This document shows positions 9,056-16,885 of a stretch of DNA of 29,991 bases, piece after piece. The position numbers and the translations under genes are program-made. The stretch's first letter is position 1; every line of letters begins with the position of its first letter. The stretch comes from Bdellovibrionales bacterium (lineage in GTDB: Bacteria; Bdellovibrionota; Bdellovibrionia; Bdellovibrionales; UBA840): assembly GCA_037969075.1 (NCBI GenBank), contig JBBKWS010000012.1, forward strand, positions 1-29,991, written 5' to 3'. A model generated the notes under the pieces. That model did not search any database. It saw only the letters and a list, made by a program, of their open reading frames with translations, and was not told the origin of the DNA.

Positions 9056-11365
9056 TTACCCAGCTCTACGATTAAACTCATCCACTTCATGCAAATGAAC
9101 CCAATCATCAAAGCCAGTTTTCCAAATAAAGGTGGATCTGGTGATATGCCCTGCTTCCAATGCTTTCTTGATATCATCAAAAGAGTATGGTCCCATGGAT
9201 TCGCCTTTAGGGCCGTAGATAAACCACTCATTGGCAAAGGAGCTACGTTGCACATCTTCAGTCACTGACTGTTTCGGCGGAGAAGTCGGAGGTTTTGAAT
9301 TTCTTCTATCTACTCCTAGAAAGCCTATCATTGGCTTCATTTCTGTTTCGCCCTCATTACAGATCAAAGCAAGTCTTGGATCAAAATCTCCGTGTGCCAT
9401 TTTTACTTTGATTTGCTCTAAGCTAAATGGACCTGTTTTTGCGCCCGTTAATGGGTCAGCAATTACATGATACGTTGCAGGGCTTGGCATATTAACCACT
9501 GTCTTCTCTAAACTCTCTACCTTTTCTTCTTCACTAAGAAATTCAGGTGCCACTTGATTTTGGATCGTAGCAATCACATCTGCTGATAACGTTGTCTGCA
9601 TTCCACTTTCATTCATATATCCAATAACTCGGCAAACCCGCAAATGATTTGCTTTACCTTTAACTTGAACTTTTAATTGTGGCCCACATACGACTTTCTT
9701 TTTTTCAATCAAAATTTGAGTGGCATCACTCACTAAAATATCCGCACCAAAAACTTTCGTGGCTGCTTCGATTCGGCTGGCCTGATTTACGGTGTCCCCG
9801 ATGCATGTGTATTCTAAACGCTCTTCTGAGCCAATATTTCCTGCTACAACTTCGCCTGTGTGTAAGCCTATTCCGATCTTTAATTCTGATTTTCCTTCAA
9901 GCACTCGCTTTTCATTAAACGTCTTCATGAAATCACGCATCTCAAGACTAGCCATTACCGCATTGTAGGCATCGTCAGGTTTAGTTTCGGGAGTTCCCCA
10001 AACCGCCATGATCGCATCCCCTATATACTTATCTACAATGCCATGCCACTTATCAATGATCTTAACCATTCCGGTTAGATATTCATTTAGTAGTTGCACC
10101 ACTTCATCGGGGCTCATGTTTTCGCTCATTGAAGTAAAACCACGAATATCACTAAATAAAACGGTGGCAATTTTTCTCTCCCCGCCTAGCTTGATTTCGC
10201 CCGACAGAAGTTTTGCTGCAATCTCTTTAGAGTGAAACTTATTAAATGCAGTCTTGATTTTTTCTCTTTCTTTTAAACCTAAAGCCATATCGTTAAATGC
10301 AAGTGTTAGAGCGCCTAACTCATCACTAGAGGTTTTCTTGAGACTGACGTCATAATTTCCTTCAATAATTTTTGATGTAGCAAGATATAGCCTACGAAGT
10401 GGCTCAGTTAAACTATGAGAAAAACTGTAATTAATAAAAAAGGCAAAACAGACAATAATAAGCATAACTAAAAAAGAGCGGTACTGGACCTGTCTAATTG
10501 TAGCCAATGCTTTTGATTTTGGTACTTGTGCAACCACACTGAGTCCTGCCAAATCTAATTTGCGGTAAGCTCCCAACACTGGCTCATTGCTACTCGTTAC
10601 ATATTCCATCTGATGATTATTAAACTTAGATTGTAGTAGATGCTGCACAATTGGCTGATCAGAGACTTTTAATCCTTGATAAATCTTATGAGATTCAACA
10701 GGACTAGAATGCGCCAAAACTTCGCCATTTGCTGCCACTACATAAGAGGTTATTTCTTTATATTCAGGCAGCGCACTACTTAAAGTACTTTGTCTAATCT
10801 CGGCCCTAAACAGCCATTCTTGCTGATCTTTTGTCGTAGATACAAACCCTACACTTAAAATAGGCCTATTTAATTGTTTCGCAGAATTGATGACAATCAC
10901 TTCATTGGCGGTCCCACCAGTTACTTCAAGTATTTCTTTTAGTGGCAGCTCTTCAAGCTGTCTTTTATCAATGTCGTACTCGCTAAGAGAAGTATCTAAC
11001 ACACTTGAGAAGTAAAGCTCTACTTCACCTTTTTTAGATTTCTTATAAATGTAAAATGACAAGAAACTATCAAATCCCGAAAGAATTCTGTGTACGGTGG
11101 TTTTAGTTTGTTCTGATTGATAACCACCATCATTTACCACCTGCGCCATAAGCTTCATCTTGGCTGTAACATCTTCTAAATTACTTTTAATTTTAACACT
11201 AGCATTCAATACCGAATCTTTATTGTTTACTTGAATACGATTGATAGACTCTTCAAGGTATAAATCGCTAGCAATATAAACCACCGAACCAATAGCAATC
11301 ACAATGATTGAGGTCACCACTAGTAGTAGTTTTGAAGTAATTCCTAATTTATAACCTAACTTCAT
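9056..11365 (-). CDS. Membrane class III adenylate cyclase: TM-Cache-like sensor-TM-HAMP-cyclase-2x GYF_2 (DUF4339)
   Basis: HAMP (PLRRL...DELGALTLAFNDM); cyclase LFSDIRGFT, DKYIGDAIMA, GIGLHTG, EYTCIGDTVNQASRIE, VKGK; C-terminal GPFSLEQI and GPYSFDDI...IWKTGFDDW repeats. Confidence 0.92.
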   Translation of the reverse strand: MKLGYKLGITSKLLLVVTSIIVIAIGSVVYIASDLYLEESINRIQVNNKDSVLNASVKIKSNLEDVTAKMKLMAQVVNDGGYQSEQTKTTVHRILSGFDSFLSFYIYKKSKKGEVELYFSSVLDTSLSEYDIDKRQLEELPLKEILEVTGGTANEVIVINSAKQLNRPILSVGFVSTTKDQQEWLFRAEIRQSTLSSALPEYKEITSYVVAANGEVLAHSSPVESHKIYQGLKVSDQPIVQHLLQSKFNNHQMEYVTSSNEPVLGAYRKLDLAGLSVVAQVPKSKALATIRQVQYRSFLVMLIIVCFAFFINYSFSHSLTEPLRRLYLATSKIIEGNYDVSLKKTSSDELGALTLAFNDMALGLKEREKIKTAFNKFHSKEIAAKLLSGEIKLGGERKIATVLFSDIRGFTSMSENMSPDEVVQLLNEYLTGMVKIIDKWHGIVDKYIGDAIMAVWGTPETKPDDAYNAVMASLEMRDFMKTFNEKRVLEGKSELKIGIGLHTGEVVAGNIGSEERLEYTCIGDTVNQASRIEAATKVFGADILVSDATQILIEKKKVVCGPQLKVQVKGKANHLRVCRVIGYMNESGMQTTLSADVIATIQNQVAPEFLSEEEKVESLEKTVVNMPSPATYHVIADPLTGAKTGPFSLEQIKVKMAHGDFDPRLALICNEGETEMKPMIGFLGVDRRNSKPPTSPPKQSVTEDVQRSSFANEWFIYGPKGESMGPYSFDDIKKALEAGHITRSTFIWKTGFDDWVHLHEVDEFNRRAG

Positions 11366-11373
11366 ATATATTA

Positions 11374-11400
11374 AGATCGGCCTTTGATGGCCTGGACTTA
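11374..11400 (-). promoter_or_regulatory. Sigma28/FliA-like promoter for the adenylate cyclase
   Basis: Minus strand reads TAAG-N15-GCCGATCT (consensus TAAA-N15-GCCGATAA), ending 8 nt before the ATG. Confidence 0.6.
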
Positions 11401-11468
11401 AATCGATAAAATGGAACTAGACCCCTGATTGAAGTAGAGACAAAAACTACGTAAACTATATCTACAAA

Positions 11469-13592
11469 ATGAAGAACTTTCTTATCCTATTTCCAGTACT
11501 TACAATTTTAATATGGGCAAGCTTTAGCCTATGGGAGGACTTTGACAAGAAGGCCCCTACAAAAAATAGCCAGCAAGTAGAAACCGTTGGGTACATAACC
11601 ACAAGTGCGAATACAGTAAAACGAAAATCAGAAGTTGATCCACTTTGGTACAATCTATCTTCACAAGAATATGTTTTTGATAAAGATGTCATTAAAACTG
11701 GCGTTGATAGCTCTACAACCATTGTTTTAAATGACAAAACAATAATAAGTCTTGATGAAAACTCATTGGTAGCCCTTGAAAAAACAAACTCAAGCTTTCA
11801 AATTGATTTAAAGCTCGGTGATTTTTCAACTAAAAATACATCTGAAAATGTAATTTTAAAAGTAAAAGACACTATCATCCAAGGTAATCAAGCTGATTTA
11901 TTTATATCAACAGACCTAGATAATAATACACAAGTTCAGGTACAAAAAGGTAATGCCACCATTACCGATAAAAACAACCAACAAATCAAAATCGACCGCA
12001 ACAAACTCTTAGAAATTAGCGCAAACGGCAAGGTGCAAGCCCTACAAACAGTCGTATTACTAAGTTCTCCCGAGAACAATGCAAAACTAAAAGACCCTAG
12101 GTTACAAGTATCCTATCCTTTCACCTGGGCTGTATTAGTTGACGATGTAAAACAAGAGACCCTAGAAATTTCACAAAATGAAGACTTTAGTGGTCCGACT
12201 ACTAAGTTAAAACGCGGGCATCAGGGTATTGATGGAAATATTCAGCAAGGGATAAACTACTGGCGTGTCAGCTGGAGTCGACTTGATCCAACCACTAACA
12301 AACAAAAGATTTTTTATTCTGTAACGAGAAAAATATACCTAGAAGGGGATGACAGGGTAATTCTTAGTTCACCTAAAGACAATACTGCTTTTGAATTTCT
12401 TCCTGGAGAACAAAATATCAACTTCGAATGGACCACAAAAGAAGCGTCAGAATATTTTATAATTGAGATCTCTAGTACACCAAACTTTAGAACAATCATC
12501 AAAAATGAAAAAATAAATATGAAATCATTTTCTATTAAAGATTTAAACTCCGCCGGCTATTACTGGAGAGTCAGGGCCTTTGATAAAAACAATACCTTAC
12601 AGGGGCTCAGTCAAACGAGATCGTTTACAGTAAAAAATATTTTCCCAAGCTATCCTACCCTGTTAAGCCCATCATCACAGTTAGTATGGTCATTAAACGA
12701 ACCTCTTCTTGTAGAATGGAAACCTTATGACAAAGCCAATATGTATGTACTCACCATTGCAAAAGATAGTGAGTTTAAAAACATTTCTTATACCCAGAAG
12801 TTAAGTGACGTAAAAGCAACTTGGGCTTGGTCAGAGGAAGGCAAATACTACTGGCAAGTAGCGGCTTATAAAGATGATCTACGGATATCTGAGAGTACAA
12901 TTGATACTTTCTCGATCAAACCAGCATTAAAAAAAGACAATATCACGCTACTACTACCAAAAAATCAAGAGCTCATACCTAGAGAAAAACGCAAACAAGT
13001 TGATCCTGTAGTCTTTGAGTGGAAACCACAGATGCAGGTTACCCCTAAATATCAAATCCACTTAAGCACATCACCTAATCTTAGCGAGGGGAAACTTTAT
13101 GGACCCATCAGTTCTCTACGTCACAACATCTCTGTAGATACCGCAGGTACATACTATTGGAAAGTAGATTGGCTCAATGAAAAAAACGAAGTGAAGTTTA
13201 CAAGCCCGATTCAGGTCTTTCAATTGCAATTCACCACTTCACTACCATCTGTTATTACTGAAACCCCGATTGATAAATCTATCTTTTACACACCAATAGA
13301 TGCCAAAATAGAGTTTCAATGGCAAAAAGTTGAAGAAGCTCTTCAATACCGACTTACCATTGAAGCCTGGAATGATAGGTTGCAAACAAAAGTTCCATAT
13401 AGAGATGTAAAAACAACTAGTAATACGAATGCGGCGAATTTAGAGAAAGTTCCTCCAGGGAAATACTTTTGGAAAATAAGAGCTATAGACTCTGACAAAC
13501 TAGAAGGAACATGGAGCGTTGAGAAGACCTTCGATGTAGAATTAAAAGAAGCACTAGGTGCACCACGCCTTAGACCACCAGTTGTAAAATAA
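11469..13592 (+). CDS. FecR-domain protein with N-terminal anchor/signal and five Fn3/Ig-like repeats
   Basis: FecR-like VKRK....W...D.IKTG.DS...I.L.D...I.LDENSLV. Five repeats of L..P...F.W......Y...IS....F...G.YYW.V.A. Confidence 0.82.
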   Translation: MKNFLILFPVLTILIWASFSLWEDFDKKAPTKNSQQVETVGYITTSANTVKRKSEVDPLWYNLSSQEYVFDKDVIKTGVDSSTTIVLNDKTIISLDENSLVALEKTNSSFQIDLKLGDFSTKNTSENVILKVKDTIIQGNQADLFISTDLDNNTQVQVQKGNATITDKNNQQIKIDRNKLLEISANGKVQALQTVVLLSSPENNAKLKDPRLQVSYPFTWAVLVDDVKQETLEISQNEDFSGPTTKLKRGHQGIDGNIQQGINYWRVSWSRLDPTTNKQKIFYSVTRKIYLEGDDRVILSSPKDNTAFEFLPGEQNINFEWTTKEASEYFIIEISSTPNFRTIIKNEKINMKSFSIKDLNSAGYYWRVRAFDKNNTLQGLSQTRSFTVKNIFPSYPTLLSPSSQLVWSLNEPLLVEWKPYDKANMYVLTIAKDSEFKNISYTQKLSDVKATWAWSEEGKYYWQVAAYKDDLRISESTIDTFSIKPALKKDNITLLLPKNQELIPREKRKQVDPVVFEWKPQMQVTPKYQIHLSTSPNLSEGKLYGPISSLRHNISVDTAGTYYWKVDWLNEKNEVKFTSPIQVFQLQFTTSLPSVITETPIDKSIFYTPIDAKIEFQWQKVEEALQYRLTIEAWNDRLQTKVPYRDVKTTSNTNAANLEKVPPGKYFWKIRAIDSDKLEGTWSVEKTFDVELKEALGAPRLRPPVVK

Positions 13593-13632
13593 GTTCTGGA
13601 TTTTTTGTTAAACTCATCTAATACTTAAAGAA

Positions 13633-15111
13633 ATGATATTATTATACGTTCTTACATCGATTTGTTTTAGCCGCATGGTTGATTTTAGCTGGGAGCCTTT
13701 CAATGATGCCAAGGCCTATCAAATACAAGTAGCCAGTGACACTGACTTTACAAAGACATTACAAAAAAAACTTACCAAATCCCCGTCTTACTCAGTCGAA
13801 TTGGGTTATGGGCTTTATTATTACCGCGTAAGAGCCATTGATAACTCTAAGCGCCCAGGAGTATGGTCAGAAACCGAGCGTATTATTGTCAAGCCCTACT
13901 CCCCTGAGCTCTTATTGCCAAAAGATGCTGACGTGGTTAGAAGGTTTGAAAAAGATATAAAAGTAGTATTCACCTGGAAGTCTACTCCTGATATTAAAAA
14001 ATTTCAGATATCTATCGCTAAGGATACAGGTGAAACCATATTAGAAGAAGAAGTAAACGGTAAAAAATGGACTTGGACACCTGAAAAGGAAGGTCGCTAT
14101 CGCTGGAAAGTAAAAGCTCTTTTTGATTCTACCAACACAAGCGAATACTCTGAGGATCGAATTTTTGATGTAGAAAGAAGAAATTTAAACGAACCACTTT
14201 TAATTAAGCCTGATGATAAAGGTTACTTTCCAGCGTACAGAAAAATAAAATTTGAATGGGAAACATTCCCTCCCTCTACTCTTAGCCATATTGAAATTGA
14301 AGGACCAGAAACATACAAAAAACAGAATCTTCGTCTACTTGACCATAGCATTGAGGGTCTACAGCCTGGAGATTACAAGTGGCGCGTACTAAGTAGTGAA
14401 TCAAAAAACGCACCCACCATTGCTAGTGAATGGAAAAGCTTTACCGTAAATGAAGAAGTTTTATCTAACCAAGATTATTATATAGGAATGAACTTTGCCT
14501 TATTAAAAAATGAAACCAGTTATAAAACTTCAAGGACCACTGCCACAAGCACCAATCTTGATGAAAAAGATAGTTTGTTTCAATACACTTGGTATGCGAA
14601 TTGGCAAATGTCTAAAACTAGTTCGCTATTCTTACAAATGAAAAAATCTGAATATGACTTCTCTACACAACTAGACCGTAATGCGATAGATATTGCATAT
14701 TTTGCTAGAATTGGAGTACCTAACTTTCAACAGGTATTCTTTATAGGTTTAAGACAGAGCCAGTACATTGAAGAATGGAGAGAGGCCAGTGTTCAAACAA
14801 ATATCTTATCAGGCCGAGGGCCCATTTTAGGCTTTAAAATGTTAGGTCGCCTGCCGTCTGACCACAGACTACACATTGATTTTTTATATCACAAAATAGA
14901 AAGTTCGCAGCAAAACTTTGGAGATTTAAAAGGCGACGCCTACGAATTTAAATTAGGCTTATCAAAAAAACTGTGGCATAAAATCTGGTGGAAAATTGAA
15001 GCTGGATTTAACAAAGAATTAATAAAGTTTACAAATAACACGCAAGGGACAACAAAATGGAATTCAGAAGAATTCGAACCTATAAGTATTGGTTTCGAAT
15101 ACAGGCACTGA
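13633..15111 (+). CDS. Secreted protein with three Fn3-like repeats and a C-terminal outer-membrane beta-barrel
   Basis: Signal peptide; FSW..YQIQVA..YYYRVRA, FTW..YRWKVKA and FEW..YKWRV repeats; amphipathic strands ending SIGFEYRH. Confidence 0.75.
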   Translation: MILLYVLTSICFSRMVDFSWEPFNDAKAYQIQVASDTDFTKTLQKKLTKSPSYSVELGYGLYYYRVRAIDNSKRPGVWSETERIIVKPYSPELLLPKDADVVRRFEKDIKVVFTWKSTPDIKKFQISIAKDTGETILEEEVNGKKWTWTPEKEGRYRWKVKALFDSTNTSEYSEDRIFDVERRNLNEPLLIKPDDKGYFPAYRKIKFEWETFPPSTLSHIEIEGPETYKKQNLRLLDHSIEGLQPGDYKWRVLSSESKNAPTIASEWKSFTVNEEVLSNQDYYIGMNFALLKNETSYKTSRTTATSTNLDEKDSLFQYTWYANWQMSKTSSLFLQMKKSEYDFSTQLDRNAIDIAYFARIGVPNFQQVFFIGLRQSQYIEEWREASVQTNILSGRGPILGFKMLGRLPSDHRLHIDFLYHKIESSQQNFGDLKGDAYEFKLGLSKKLWHKIWWKIEAGFNKELIKFTNNTQGTTKWNSEEFEPISIGFEYRH

Positions 15112-15713
15112 TACTATTAGTATCAAGCCTTTGTAGTGCAGCCAGTATTAAAACTATTAGCCTTGAGAGCGGTCTTTCAGGCTCAATTTCATATACTGAT
15201 TATGACGGCGCGCATTTTGGCGCAGGCACCGGCTACCAATATGGTTTATATTCTGTGTGGGATATAAAAAAAGACTGGGAGTTATCCGTATCTATTCAAA
15301 ATATTACATTAGAACAAGCGCTGTACACCAGAGCCGACGTTTCTAATACCGAAAGCATTCAGCATTTACAACAAAAGTGGACCCTACTGGGCGTTGGCGC
15401 CCAGTGGACCAAAGACTTTTGGTTTTACGAATACGCCGGAGGATTTGCCATTGGTGACAATAGTCAAATTGGCCTTGATACCGAAACAGCCTCTAGCAAT
15501 AAACGAACTAATCTACGAGCAAGAACTACGAACTTCTTTTTTGTGGGCGCTAGTATTGGCTATCAAAAAGAGATTTATAAAAGATGGAATGTAGTCAGCA
15601 GACTACAGACGTTTTTTGTTTTAGATTCAATCTATAAGACAGACGGCTTTGATGATAATTTCTTTGCCGTCTTGCCCTTTATGTTTAATATCGGGTTTGA
15701 ATACAATTATTGA
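15057..15713 (+). CDS. Small outer-membrane beta-barrel protein (about 8 strands)
   Basis: Hydrophobic signal region LILLVSSLCSA; alternating aromatic/Gly strands; terminal FNIGFEYNY beta-signal. Start uncertain. Confidence 0.72.
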   Translation: MEFRRIRTYKYWFRIQALILLVSSLCSAASIKTISLESGLSGSISYTDYDGAHFGAGTGYQYGLYSVWDIKKDWELSVSIQNITLEQALYTRADVSNTESIQHLQQKWTLLGVGAQWTKDFWFYEYAGGFAIGDNSQIGLDTETASSNKRTNLRARTTNFFFVGASIGYQKEIYKRWNVVSRLQTFFVLDSIYKTDGFDDNFFAVLPFMFNIGFEYNY

Positions 15714-15728
15714 ACCATTTGGTTTAAG

Positions 15729-16586
15729 TTATTGGCAGCCTTCATTTTTAATTCCAAGAGGCTTATACTTACCAAACGTCTTTTCGGTCATCAACTTGTG
15801 ATGCCAAAAACATAAAAGCCTTAAGTTATTTGCAGTGTGATTACCCCCCAATGCCTGTGGTTTTATATGATCATATTGCAAGAGGTGCTTTGATTCGCAG
15901 TTTTGATACGAGCATATGCCCTTATCTCTTTTAAAAACTTGGCGCTTCACAATAGCAGAAATAGATTTTTTTACTGTTGCCGCTTGCGCCGGTGGTGATT
16001 TTTTAGGCTTTGGTTGTTTTAGCATTTTATCTGCTAAAATTTCTAATAGCTCTGCGTAGTTCATACTTGGGTTTATGTGGGACAACTGCGATTTTAAGTC
16101 GTTTAGTTTTTGTTGTAAGTCTTCACTGATTACAATTTTTAACTCTATTTTATTGTTTCCTAGCTCTCTTTGTTTTTCTGCTGGCGCTAATTCGGGTGCA
16201 AGACCTGCTAAAACTTTTGCGGTTTGCCGGTAGCTTTTGCCCGAGATTTTCTCTAAGATGTCTTGTTTATCTTGTGCTGTGGCATTGGTTTTTCTAAAAA
16301 ATACGTTTGCCTGGGCTAGTGTTGATAGATTTAGTTCCCCCTTTTTTACCTTATCTTCAATTCCTGGTAATTCCGTTAATAGTCTTGCTGATTGAATTCT
16401 TCTATTAGCGGCTCCTTCTTCATAGCCCAGTTCACGGGTGGTAAAATCAAAGAGTGAAGAAAAGCCAAGTTCAAGATAATATTTTCGTTTATCTAATTCA
16501 CTTAATAATTTGATTACCTCTATTGTTAAAGATTTTTCATTAGCTACGGTTTGTTTTAGTTTTAAAATCAGTTGTTGGTTAGTCAT
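15729..16586 (-). CDS. HNH endonuclease with helical DUF222-like N-terminal domain
   Basis: N-terminal LGFSSLFDF..ELGY.EG.A.RRI.SARL; C-terminal VFKRDKGICSYQNCES..LQYDHIKP..LGG.....NLRLLCFWHH (Zn-binding HNH); GAGG SD. Confidence 0.88.
   Translation of the reverse strand: MTNQQLILKLKQTVANEKSLTIEVIKLLSELDKRKYYLELGFSSLFDFTTRELGYEEGAANRRIQSARLLTELPGIEDKVKKGELNLSTLAQANVFFRKTNATAQDKQDILEKISGKSYRQTAKVLAGLAPELAPAEKQRELGNNKIELKIVISEDLQQKLNDLKSQLSHINPSMNYAELLEILADKMLKQPKPKKSPPAQAATVKKSISAIVKRQVFKRDKGICSYQNCESKHLLQYDHIKPQALGGNHTANNLRLLCFWHHKLMTEKTFGKYKPLGIKNEGCQ
15976..15992 (-). repeat. Inverted repeat copy A, inside the HNH coding linker
   Basis: GTTGCCGCTTGCGCCGG; its reverse complement matches 16833..16849 at 16 of 17 positions. 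Confidence 0.85.
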
Positions 16587-16646
16587 TTTTTACCTCTTAA
16601 AAAAAGATTACCCCAACTTTTAAAATTGAATTTTTAGCTTTATGTA

Positions 16647-16714
16647 CCGGACAGTCGTGGCCGGTTTTATTTTTGATAATAGCAATCTATAACCTCAACC
16701 TGCGACTGGTCCGG
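16647..16714 (-). ncRNA. Long GC-rich stem-loop upstream of the HNH gene (candidate structured RNA or DNA hairpin)
   Basis: Minus strand reads CCGGAC(C)AGUCG-CA-GGUU-GA-GGUU...AACC-GGCC-A-CGACU-GUCCGG. Two G-U pairs form only on this strand. Confidence 0.45.
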
Positions 16715-16832
16715 CCCAGAGCAGCTTAGATAAGCAAATTACAGATCCGGCTCTTAAAACTAAAATTAGAGATCAAAAACCCACGTCAAATCTTTTTTTA
16801 TTTTTGCAGCGCAGATAATTTTATAAACACAT

Positions 16833-16849
16833 CCGGCGCAAGCGGTAAC
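16833..16849 (+). repeat. Inverted repeat copy B, upstream of the HNH gene
   Basis: CCGGCGCAAGCGGTAAC; exact 13-bp core CCGGCGCAAGCGG shared in inverted orientation with 15980..15992. Confidence 0.85.
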
Positions 16850-16885
16850 TCAGAAAACTAATAATTATCTATAGCCAATACCTAG

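Noticed and set aside
13593..13632. Frameshift or pseudogene splitting one long FecR-Fn3-barrel gene
   Set aside because: There is a clean stop, a 40-bp spacer and a separate signal peptide on the downstream gene, which fits two genes better.
15729..16586. HNH protein as IscB, Cas9 or TnpB
   Set aside because: No PLMP motif, no RuvC motifs and no CRISPR array or cas genes; only a C-terminal Zn-HNH domain.
16763..16789. Sigma70 promoter for the HNH gene (TTGACG...TAATTT, minus strand)
   Set aside because: The spacer is only 15 nt and the -10 is weak; not supportable without TSS data.
16587..16885. CRISPR mini-array or tRNA in the HNH upstream region
   Set aside because: The TCCGGC repeats are too short and irregularly spaced, and no cloverleaf or T-loop consensus is present.
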